Both the position numbers and the translations under genes were made by a program. From assembly GCF_006345805.1 (NCBI RefSeq), contig NW_021824999.1:1-17567 (forward strand): 17,567 nt of DNA, in the 5' to 3' direction. Shown piece by piece: positions 1-9,580 of this stretch. This stretch comes from Octopus sinensis. Its lineage: Eukaryota. The notes under the pieces are model-generated. The model saw only the letters and a list, made by a program, of their open reading frames with translations. It did not search any database and was not told the origin of the DNA. The number at the start of each line of letters is the position of its first letter. Within the stretch, counting starts at the first letter, position 1.

Positions 1-309
1 CGTATTTATGTATTTATGCATGTGTGCATGTACGTGTATATATATGTGTATATGTGTGTGTGCGTGTGTTTGTGTACATATATCTCCTCGTATATGCAGA
101 CACACATATATACACAGGTACTACATACCCGTATATAAGCGTACGTATATGTATGTATATATGAACATGCTTATATGTATACGTAGATGTGCAATGTAAT
201 ATATATATATATATATATATATAATTGTATTTGTATATATATGAGTGAGTGTGTGTATATAAGTATCTATTAAATATATATATACATAATATATACATAT
301 ATATATAAG

Positions 310-341
<32 letters not shown>

Positions 342-469
342 TTATATATAATTAATAACATATATAATATATATATAAAAATATATATATGCGTGTGTAG
401 CTATATATATATAAGATATATATAATGTATATACACTTATATGAAATATAGAGTACACAAATGCACAAC

Positions 470-525
<56 letters not shown>

Positions 526-560
526 GATAGAGAGAGAGAGAGAGTGAGAGAGGGAGAGAG
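1..560. repeat. Compound microsatellite (TA)n/(TG)n/(CA)n/(GA)n
   Basis: Direct reading of degenerate dinucleotide runs. Overlapping ORFs are YI/CV/HT low-complexity translations. Confidence 0.95.
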
Positions 561-699
561 TGTGAAATAGTGATGAAGAGACACAGACACATCCATATAT
601 CACGGAGTCAAAACAATATCAGATGGAAAATAGTTTCAACCCTATATGACCATTTGTTGAGCGATAACTGTCTTTATGTGTGTGGACATTTGTATCACA

Positions 700-800
700 C
701 AAAAACACACGTATATATGTGTACGCGCGTGTTTGCGTGTGTGTGTATAAGTATGTGTGTGTGTGTGGTGTGTGTGTGTGATACACATGTCCACACACAC

Positions 801-835
<35 letters not shown>

Positions 836-850
836 CATACACACACATAT
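700..850. repeat. Compound microsatellite (TG)n/(TA)n/(CA)n
   Basis: Direct reading. Confidence 0.9.
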
Positions 851-889
851 GAAGCAGAAGAGTGAGAGAAATAGAGCAAGCGTGATGTA

Positions 890-1205
890 ATTGTACATGG
901 CCGAATGATTAAGAGGTTCACTTCTCAATCAGTTGATCCCCGGTTCGATCACAAACCGCGGCAATGTAGGCACGTGTCCTTTTTCTATTGTCTGAAATGG
1001 ATCTGTATCTTGCGAGAAAATCAGATTCGAGGGAGACTGTACAGAATCCTCTTGGCTGGGTTTCATCTTCTATTCAAAAGTACACTCTTGTCACACCCTT
1101 CCCGCTTCTGATACCCGCTGAGAATTACGTATAAGGGTACGTATGGCCGCGAAATACTCCGCCATTTAATGAAAGATCTAGTAATTCATTGGATCGCAAC
1201 GGAAT
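890..1205 (+). mobile_element. Old degenerate tRNA-derived SINE, apparently chimeric
   Basis: A-box-like TGGCCGAATGA (898-908) and B-box-like GGTTCGATC (942-950). 960-1050 resembles the family at 1215-1619 (GTAGGCACGTGTCC vs TTGGGCAAGTGTCT). 1072-1205 resembles the reverse complement of 14497-14670 (TTCAAA..CTTGTCACAC..GAGAA.TACGT..AAGGGTAC). Confidence 0.6.
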
Positions 1206-1214
1206 ACATATATA

Positions 1215-1619
1215 CTCTTTACTCTTTTACTTGTTTCAGTCATTTGACTGCGGCCATGCTGGAGCACCGCCTTTAATCGAGCAACTCGACCCCGTGACTT
1301 ATTCTTTTGTAAGCCCAGTACTTATTCTATCGTTCTTTTGCCGAACCGCTAAGGTGACGGGGACGTAAACACACCAGCATCGGTTGTCAAGCAATGCTAG
1401 GGGGACAAACACAGACACACAAACACACACTCGCAAACACATATATACATATATACGACGGGCTTCTTTCAGTTTCCGTCTACCAAATCCACTCACAAGG
1501 CTTTGGTCGGCCCGAGGCTATAGTAGAAGACACTTGCCCAAGGTGCCACGCAGTGGGACGGAACCCGGAACCATGTGGTTGTTAAGCAAGCTATTTACCA
1601 CACAGCCACTCCTGCGCCT
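1215..1619 (-). mobile_element. Full-length tRNA-derived SINE (family C, CORE-like central motif)
   Basis: Minus strand starts GGCGCAGGAGTGGCTGTGTGGTAA (A box), then GGGTTCCGTCCC (B box), CCTTGGGCAAGTG (resembles the CORE-SINE motif), an internal (TG)n and a (GTAAAAGA)n tail, with (TA)n on both sides. Homologous copies at 13999, 14107 and 16955. Confidence 0.9.
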
Positions 1620-1837
1620 ATATATATATTTTATAAGAAAGCCCCAAACAAAACGAGAAGCCATTTCGTTTAAGAGACAGTGAAGGAGGAGAAACCCAGT
1701 TGAGCGGAATGAGTTTGTTTCAGAATCGAAAGAGTGCAGGACATAAGACGGGCGGTGGGGGAACAATGTGGGACAGACGAGAGTTTCAGTATCTGGTACT
1801 TCGAGGTGGGGGGAAAAAAGAACTACCATAACACGTT

Positions 1838-1899
1838 TTCGACTAAAGGCAGTGCTCCAGCATGGCCGCAGTCAGGTGACTGAAATAAGTAGAAGAATA
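1838..1899 (+). mobile_element. 3' tail fragment of family C SINE
   Basis: TAAAGGCAGTGCTCCAGCATGGCCGCAGTCA..TGACTGAAATAAGTA matches the reverse complement of 1225-1280. Confidence 0.85.
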
Positions 1900-2020
1900 T
1901 ATAAAAGCTATAGATGACAGCTAGATATGCTCGCTATAGAAATCACGTGATAGGGCTCAAATGAATTTGAGCTTAATCTGCGAATTCTTTAGGACCTAAT
2001 CCTGGATAAAGAACTGAGCA

Positions 2021-2170
2021 CCACACACACACATACACTCACACACATAGTCACACAAAACACACACATATACATAAACACACACACACACACATATATA
2101 TACACACACACACACACACACCACACACCACACATTATATTATATATATATATATATATATATACATATA
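2021..2170. repeat. (CA)n-(TA)n microsatellite
   Basis: Direct reading. Confidence 0.95.
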
Positions 2171-2428
2171 CTTTATTTAAAGCAGCAGAAATTCAACAAA
2201 ACCTATTACTCGGAGTTCACGTTCCCGTTCGTGGACAGTTTTTGTTAAAATAGAACCGTGCATATCGGTTCTATTTAACACAAAGACTGTCCGACGAACG
2301 GGAACGTGAAACTCAGAGTAAAAGGTTTTGTTGAATTTCTGCTGCTTTTAAATAAAGCATATCACTGTACCCCTGGTATTTGAGTACTCTTCTTTCCACC
2401 TTGTTTCACATTTATGTGCTTACTCCGG
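2171..2428 (+). mobile_element. Penelope-like element pLTR remnant: fold-back palindrome (2171-2357) plus 70-bp tail, inserted in (TA)n
   Basis: Arms 2171-2258 and 2266-2357 are imperfect reverse complements around a 7-nt spacer. The right arm carries a hammerhead-like motif followed by AATAAA (2351). An inverted partial pLTR plus tail is an architecture known for PLEs. Confidence 0.7.
2287..2324 (+). ncRNA. Minimal type I hammerhead ribozyme-like motif
   Basis: CTGT-CCGACGA-ACG GGAA CGT-GAA-ACTC A GAGT-A-AAAG: CUGANGA-like core (U>C), 3-bp stem II with a GNRA loop, GAAA, near-palindromic stem III, GUA site. Stem I is better paired (CTGT/ATAG) in the inverted copy. Confidence 0.65.
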
Positions 2429-2439
2429 TATATATATAC

Positions 2440-2487
<48 letters not shown>

Positions 2488-2505
2488 TATATATATATAA
2501 TATAT
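2429..2505. repeat. (TA)n microsatellite
   Basis: Direct reading. Confidence 0.95.
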
Positions 2506-2884
2506 AATACATAATAACAGTATAGAGTAACCCATCAGATTAATGCAAAATTCCTTTTATTATACTTCATTTCATCTAGGTCGTCCCACAGGACACCCCA
2601 AAATCGTTTCCACACGTTTTTTCCCATTTATCTCGATCTTCCATAATGGTCCTCAGCTCCTCCACCCCTTCCATACCATTCTCCTCCACCAAGTTATCAA
2701 TATAGGTTGCCTTCCTCCTTCCTCTCCTTGTTCCTCCTTCCTCTCCTGGTTCCTCCTTCTGTTCGTTGCCAAAGAATAATCTTCACATATTTAACAGCCA
2801 CATAACTAATTGTCGTGACGTAGTGTTTCAACGTTTCGATTTTATTCACTCGTTATCTATTGACGTCATCGGAAATTAAATACC

Positions 2885-4410
2885 TATTTCTTTATTACCC
2901 ACAAGGGGCTAAACACAGAGGCGACAAACAAGGACAGACAAACGGATTAAGTTGATTACATCAACCCCAGTGCATAACTGGTACTTAATTTATCGACCCC
3001 GAAAGGATGAAAGGCAAAGTCGACCTCGGCGGAATTTGAACTCAGAACGTAACGGCAGACGAAATACCTATTTCTTTACTACCCACAAGGGGCTAAACAC
3101 AGAGGCGACAAACAAGGACAGACAAAAGGATTGAGTCTATTACATCGACCCAAGTGCGTAACTGGTACTTACTTAATCGACCCCGAAAGGATGAAAGACA
3201 AAGTCGACCTCGGCGGAATTTGAACTCAGAACGTAACGGCAGACGAAATACTTATTTCTTTCCTACCCACAAGGGGCTAAACACAGAGGCGACAAACAAG
3301 GACAGACAAAAGGATTAAGTCTATTACATCGACCCCAGTGCGTAACTGGTACTTACTTAATCGACCCCGAAAGGATGAAAGACAAAGTCGACCTCGGCGG
3401 AATTTGAACTCAGAACGTAACGGCAGACGAAATACTTATTTCTTTCCTTTCCTACACCACAAGGGGCTAAACACAGAGGCGACAAACAGGACAGACAAAA
3501 GATTAAGTCTATTACATCGACCCCAGTGCGTAACTGGTACTTACTTAATCGACCCCGAAAGGATGAAAGACAAAGTCGACCTCGGCGGAATTTGAACTCA
3601 GAACGTAACGGCAGACGAAATACCTATTTCTTTCCTAACCTCAAGGGGCTAAACACAGAGAGGACAAACAAGGACAGACAAAAGGATTAAGTCTATTACA
3701 TCGACCCCAGTGCGTAACTGGTACTTAATTTATCGACCCCGAAAGGATGAAAGGCAAAGTTTACCTCGGCGGAATTTGAAGTCAGAACGTAACGGCAGAC
3801 GAAATACCTATTTCTTTCCTACCCACAAGGGGCTAAACACAGAGGCGACAAACAAGGACAGACAAACGGATTAAGTCTATTACATCGACCCCAGTGCGTA
3901 ACTGGTGCTTAATTTATCGACCCCCGAAAGGATGAAAGGCAAAGTTGACCTCGACGGAATTTGAACTCAGAACGTAACGGCAGACGAAATACCTATTTCT
4001 TTACTACCCACAAGGGGCTGAATATAGAGGGGACAAACAAGGACAGACAAAAGGATTAAGTCTATTACATCGATCCCAGTGCGTAACTGGTACTTAATTT
4101 ATCGACCCCGTAAGGATGAAGGGCAAAGTCGACCTCGGCGGAATTTGAACTCAGAACGTAACGGCAGACGAAATACCTATTTCTTTACCACCCACAAGTG
4201 GCTAAACACAGAGGCGACAAACAAAGACAGACAAACGGATTAAGTCTATAACATCGACCCCAGTGCGTAACTGGTACTTAATTTATCGACTCCGAAAGTA
4301 TGAAAGGCAAAGTTGACCTCGACGGAATTTGAACTCAGAACGTAGCGGCAGACGAAATACTACTAAGCATTTCGCCCAGCGTGCTAACGTTTCTGCCAGC
4401 TCGCCGCCTT
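2885..4410 (-). mobile_element. SINE family A concatemer: one tRNA-like head plus 8 tandem bodies of about 184 bp
   Basis: Unit starts (TACC/TTATTTC) at 2881, 3065, 3249, 3433, 3621, 3805, 3990 and 4174. A single head at 4358-4410 reads AAGGCGGCGAGCTGGCAGAAACG (A box) on the minus strand. Each unit has a B box GAGTTCAAATTCC or a close variant. Flanked by the direct repeat AATTAAATACC (2874-2884, 4413-4423). Confidence 0.93.
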
Positions 4411-4906
4411 ACAATTAAATACCAAACTAGCTTCTCTTAGAATATTCTATTTCTTCTTAACGAGTTTTTTGTATGCGTTCATCTATTAGAGATATTTGCT
4501 TAGTTTAGTTTGAATTTAATTTATTTTGGGTTGGATTATGCTAACATTGTGTTAGCATATATTTTCGGACATATCAATTTCACTGGTATTTTGTATTCTT
4601 TTCTTCTGAATCTAAATATATTGGAACAATAAAAACGATCAGCGGTAGTGTATTGTGTAATCACCAATTAAATATGTGATTTTCACCATTCTCCTTCATT
4701 TTATCTTATAGTCCGAATTTCTTCAAATTCTTCAAATTCTTCGAAATGAAGTGTATTACATTCGGTGCTTATTCTTCTTGCAATAATTAATATCTGATTA
4801 CTGGATATATTTAACCAAATTCGTTTTAACACGGTGCTTTTTAGAGAGCTGCCTTGTTTTATTAATACCGTTTACACACGTCAATATAACTAAATTTTTC
4901 GTATTC

Positions 4907-4907
4907 A

Positions 4908-4950
<43 letters not shown>
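4907..4950. repeat. (CA)n(TA)n microsatellite
   Basis: Direct reading. Confidence 0.95.
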
Positions 4951-5115
4951 AAATATTAGAAAAAACCCACCTTTTATCAATTCAAAATAAATAATTAAAT
5001 TACACCATCTAGAAAATGACATATAACAGAAAAGTTAAAATTAAAATAACAATAAAAAAGTAAAGATTAAGTAAATTGCAAAAATAATATAATGTAAATA
5101 ATAGGTAGAAAAATG

Positions 5116-5170
5116 ACACACACACACACACACACCACACACACCACACACACATATATATATATATATA
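5116..5170. repeat. (CA)n(TA)n microsatellite
   Basis: Direct reading. Confidence 0.95.
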
Positions 5171-5300
5171 GTAAAGTGAAATTGTCAGGTACCGCACGAG
5201 TGGAAATATATATAAAAGAAGGTTTGAAAATGCAGTTTTAAAGATGTTTATTCACTTGACCGGTTTCACTTTTTTAGAAAAAGATTGTCAAAAGTAAAAT
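5171..5300 (-). mobile_element. Putative PLE pLTR/tail abutting (TA)n; 5' extent unknown
   Basis: Hammerhead-like motif at 5254-5295 (-) followed by AATAAA and a tail of about 75 nt that ends at a (TA)n tract. Confidence 0.5.
5254..5295 (-). ncRNA. Degenerate minimal hammerhead ribozyme-like motif
   Basis: Minus strand: ACTT-TTGACAA-TCTTTTTCTAAAAAAGT-GAAACCGGTC-AAGT. Stem I ACTT/AAGT, stem II CTTTTT/AAAAAG, palindromic stem III ACCGGT, GUC site. The core differs from CUGANGA at two positions. Confidence 0.55.
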
Positions 5301-6576
5301 GTGAAAGCTTTGTAAAGGCTTTGTTGTATTAAGTACTGGTTGTCACAAAATATCAAAATACATATATGCATTCTTTAATAATAATAATAAAATATTAAAA
5401 ACAGTTTACAAGGAAATATCTTGAGAAAATATGAAACAAAAGTTCAATAAAAATATTAGGAGTTCATTAAAAGTCATGCTTGTTTGGAAGTATCTATATA
5501 CATACACAGAAATGTATTAGTTCAAAAGCAGTCATATTTGGTAGTATATATATACACAGAAGGAGATATATTTAGGAGTTTAGAAAGAATTTGAGATGAA
5601 CTAAAACAGGTCAGTTTTCACTTTGAAAACATAAGGACACAGGAAATATGTCAAGGCCAACAGGAAACGGTGTTTCCTAGGGTTAAATAACAGTAGCATT
5701 CTTCCTTTTTATGGGATTGTTACATTAAGTTGACAACGTGCTGTCAAGAAAATATTTACTTAAAATATTGCAGCTAAGGATAAAATTTCAAATAAAATAT
5801 TTAGAATTAGAAAATATTAGCTTTTATTGAATCTAAAAATTTTATTACAAGTTATTACTTGTATTTGTTATTATTTGTTACCTTTATCAAAAATAAAAAA
5901 ATTATTCCATTAAAATATTTTTTGCACATTAAAAGAAATTCATTTTCTTAATCATTAATTATTAATTAGAAATTTGAAAATAGGTTATAAAAAAATAGTA
6001 GCACATAATATGTTAGTAAAATAAATAGAATAATACAAAAATTAGTTATATATTAGAGTAACCCTACCTCTAAAAACAAATTCACAGTAAAATTTGCTTG
6101 AGTTATTTCCTAAGTTATTGCCAAGTCTTCACATTTTTAGTCTTGACCCAAAGCCTATTTTTTACATAATTAATTTGCCTACCATATATACTATTCTTCT
6201 TTGCATAAAACTTTACCTATATTGGTATTTCTGGCTCTCATTTTTTAAGTATTTCAGTGTGTCAATATTTTAACAAAATGATGGTACCTTTTTTAATTAT
6301 AATGTTACTTTGTAAATTAAAATCAAATAATTTTTGATATACCAATTTGATCCTTAGCTGCAATATTTCAAGTAAAAATAGTCACTTTGCGCAGCAATAG
6401 AACGGTCCCAGTATTCCTGCCACTTTTGCTATCCGGCCTGAAAGTCGTTTTTCGTGTTTCGATGCTTGTTGCACCATCGATCGATATCCGATACTGATTT
6501 GTTTTCGTTCTCTCAGCCCAGAGGTGCAGCAAAACAGACTCACAAATAAATACCAAATATACGCATACAAAAAAAG

Positions 6577-6745
6577 TGGTGGAGTTATTTGTTCGACTAA
6601 AATTCTTTAAGTTTTGCCCCTGGAGGAGTTCGACTCTATGAAACTCTGTCGGACTCTCGGCAGATACTTAAAATGTTCAACTAAAATTCTTGAAGTTCTG
6701 CCCCAGCCTGACCGCAGACTAATGATTGAAACGAGTAACAAAAAG
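6577..6745 (+). mobile_element. Degenerate 3' fragments of family C-like SINE
   Basis: TTCGACTAAAATTCTTTAAG occurs twice in variant form, and GCCCCAGCCTGACCGCAGACTAATGATTGAAACGAGTAA resembles the family C tail. Confidence 0.55.
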
Positions 6746-7014
6746 GTATATATCAATATATATAACTGCATATTGCTTAAAACTTAACGGTTATAATTTA
6801 AATTTCCAGTCGTTATTAATAGAATATCTGACAAGACATTAATGCTCCGCTGGGCAATAATTACATCTCATGCCTCTTACCTTTAAACATAATCTTCTAC
6901 AGGTTCTCTCACACAATTTCATTTTTTTGAATGTTATTTTCTTTCTTTTACACCACTAGATATATTCTTAACGAAGCTGTCATATTTTTTACAGACATTC
7001 CATAAAGAAATAGC

Positions 7015-7049
7015 GTGTTGTGTATATGTATATATCCTAAATATATGCT

Positions 7050-7087
<38 letters not shown>

Positions 7088-7165
7088 CTATACATATATA
7101 TATATTATATATATATACGCATTACATTCATAGATACACACACATATGTGTAACATTTATATCTA

Positions 7166-7196
<31 letters not shown>

Positions 7197-7226
7197 ATCT
7201 ATCTATCTATCTATCTATCTACCTGC

Positions 7227-7258
<32 letters not shown>

Positions 7259-7291
7259 AATATATATCTATCTATCTACCTACCTACCTGC

Positions 7292-7380
<89 letters not shown>
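7015..7380. repeat. (TA)n and (TATC)n microsatellite
   Basis: Direct reading; long TATC/TACC tetranucleotide run at 7160-7380. Confidence 0.97.
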
Positions 7381-7382
<2 letters not shown>

Positions 7383-7930
7383 ATCAAAATAAGCAACAAG
7401 AATATCCAGAGGTAATGCAGTACAATCGTTTCATGCGACTCAATTTAATTGAACAATGCAATCATTACATCAATTTAAAATGTAGAGCAATCTTCAGCTG
7501 CATAAAAATATAGAATTTAGTTAAATTCGAAGGATTCATTTGTATAAGTTTTTAATCAAAAATCACCAAGAGGATAAGTAGAAAAATAACATGTTTTATC
7601 AACAACATATTTGTCCATCTCCTTATTTTCTTGGTGGTTTTGGATAAAGTGAAAATTATACAAATGAGTCCTTCGAATTTAACTAAATTCTATATTTTTA
7701 TGCAGCTGTTCAGTCTCTCATTTGTGTTCATTTTATATTGATGTAATATTTGCATTGTTCAATTAAATGGAGTCGCATGAAACCATCGTACTGCATTACG
7801 TCTGGATATCCTTGTTGCTTATTTTGATTATAATCACCTTATTTTAAATTATATGGCTAATACTATACTAAATTCTGGTGCCGTCAACTTAAGTACCATA
7901 TTCATCTGAATCTAAATTTTACTGAACTTG
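7381..7930 (+). mobile_element. Penelope-like element pLTR remnant: fold-back palindrome of about 450 bp (7381-7830) plus tail of about 100 bp, between microsatellites
   Basis: TAATCAAAATAAGCAACAAG at 7381 is the reverse complement of CTTGTTGCTTATTTTGATTA ending at 7830. Complementarity continues, with mismatches, to a centre near 7600. Both arms carry a hammerhead-like motif. Confidence 0.72.
7417..7501 (-). ncRNA. Type I hammerhead ribozyme motif with long stem II insertion
   Basis: Minus strand: GCAG-CTGAAGA-TTGC...(58-nt domain)...GCAT-GAAACGATTGTA-CTGC. Canonical CUGANGA and GAAA, perfect stem I GCAG/CTGC, GUA site. The other arm (7702-7794, +) has a mutated core CTGTTCA and stem III ACCATCGT; the consensus ACGATCGT is a palindrome. 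Confidence 0.7.
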
Positions 7931-7936
7931 TATGTA

Positions 7937-7987
<51 letters not shown>

Positions 7988-8120
7988 TCTATCTATTCAT
8001 CTATCTATCTATTTATATATCTATCTATCTGTTTACACACATATATTTATGTATGGATGTACGTATGTATCTATGTGTGTGTGTGTATGTATGCATGCAT
8101 GTATGTATTAAATGTATGTG
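7931..8120. repeat. Compound microsatellite (TA)n/(TATC)n/(TATG)n
   Basis: Direct reading. Confidence 0.9.
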
Positions 8121-8358
8121 CTCCTTTTATTTTTCATTCCCTTTCGAAATTACCTCTAATTGTGGTTTTTGTATTTTAACTACTACTCCTTGCGGTTTAA
8201 ATGTCCGATTATGGCCATCTCTTGTGTGTTTAAATGTACTCTGTATGTATATAAGGAATAATATATAGTCTATTGACTAGTTTTTCTATACGCTGGTAAA
8301 AAAAAAGTTTTAAATATATTTTACTACTCTGAAATGTATCAATATATATATATATATA

Positions 8359-8643
8359 ACGGGAAGCTTTATGAAAATAGACAAAAGACGAAGGCAGGTG
8401 GGAAACGGAGAATTCACAAAAGAAAACAAAAGACGAAGACAGGTGGTGTAGAAAACAAACAGATGTATTAGTATAACGCCCAGGAATAGGAAAAGTATTT
8501 TACGTTTCGAGCCTACGCTCTTCTACAAAAAGAAACAAGGAGAGAAACAAAGAGAGAAAAAAATGTGTCGTGGCTACCGGTCTATCATGGCGAATGCCGG
8601 ACAGAAGGGTCACAGAGGAGAGCTAAGAAGTAGGGAGATAACG
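8359..8643 (-). mobile_element. Putative PLE pLTR fragment inserted in (TA)n
   Basis: Unique 285-bp block bounded by (TA)n on both sides, with a hammerhead-like motif at 8498-8531 (-) and an internal duplication AAAAGACGAAG(G/A)CAGGTGG. Confidence 0.55.
8498..8531 (-). ncRNA. Atypical minimal hammerhead-like motif
   Basis: Minus strand: TTT-TTGTAGAA-GAGC GTAG GCTC-GAAACGTA-AAA. Clean stem II, GAAA, palindromic ACGT and GUA site, but the first core strand is non-canonical. Confidence 0.45.
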
Positions 8644-8664
8644 TATATATAATATATTAATATA

Positions 8665-8703
<39 letters not shown>

Positions 8704-8836
8704 TATATATATATATATATATTTACACAGACACGCACACACACAGACACAGACACAGACACATACACAGACACACACACAGACACACAGACACACACAC
8801 ACACACACCACACCCACACACACACACACACACACC

Positions 8837-8872
<36 letters not shown>
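8644..8872. repeat. (TA)n/(CA)n/(CAGACA)n microsatellite
   Basis: Direct reading. Confidence 0.95.
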
Positions 8873-9140
8873 CAGTTTTGAGTTATTAGCAGTGCCTAAC
8901 ACTTATAAATAAAGAAACGTATTAGACATTAGTATTTTGATCTTAAATTTGAAAAATTCAAAATGTCATCTAGTCATTTGGTCGAGTTTTTCGCTAAAAG
9001 CATTCATTAGCTTTTAATAACTGAAAACAGCGCCAATGTGACATTTCGAAATTTTTGAAACCTTTAAGTCTTATCTCAGCCTTCCATTTTCAATGTCTAT
9101 CCCCTCCACCTCTCCTCTCCTCTCCTCTCCTCTCTCTCTG

Positions 9141-9580
<440 letters not shown>

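Noticed and set aside
8-928. YI/CV/HT-rich ORFs here and at 7015-9806 and 14605-15568
   Set aside because: Translations of dinucleotide and tetranucleotide microsatellites.
2881-4357. Classical hammerhead retrozyme tandem repeat
   Set aside because: The unit size fits, but I found no CUGANGA/GAAA hammerhead core on either strand of the unit.
2881-4410. CRISPR array or phage-like repeat system
   Set aside because: Units are 184-bp near-identical SINE bodies with no unique spacers and no cas genes, in a eukaryotic context.
4424-4906. PLE GIY-YIG/RT coding remnant
   Set aside because: I recognised no motifs by eye, and the AT-rich sequence is stop-rich.
9030-9082. Additional hammerhead on the minus strand (CTGAGA...GAAATGTC)
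   Set aside because: The core lacks a nucleotide, and stem I and stem II do not pair.
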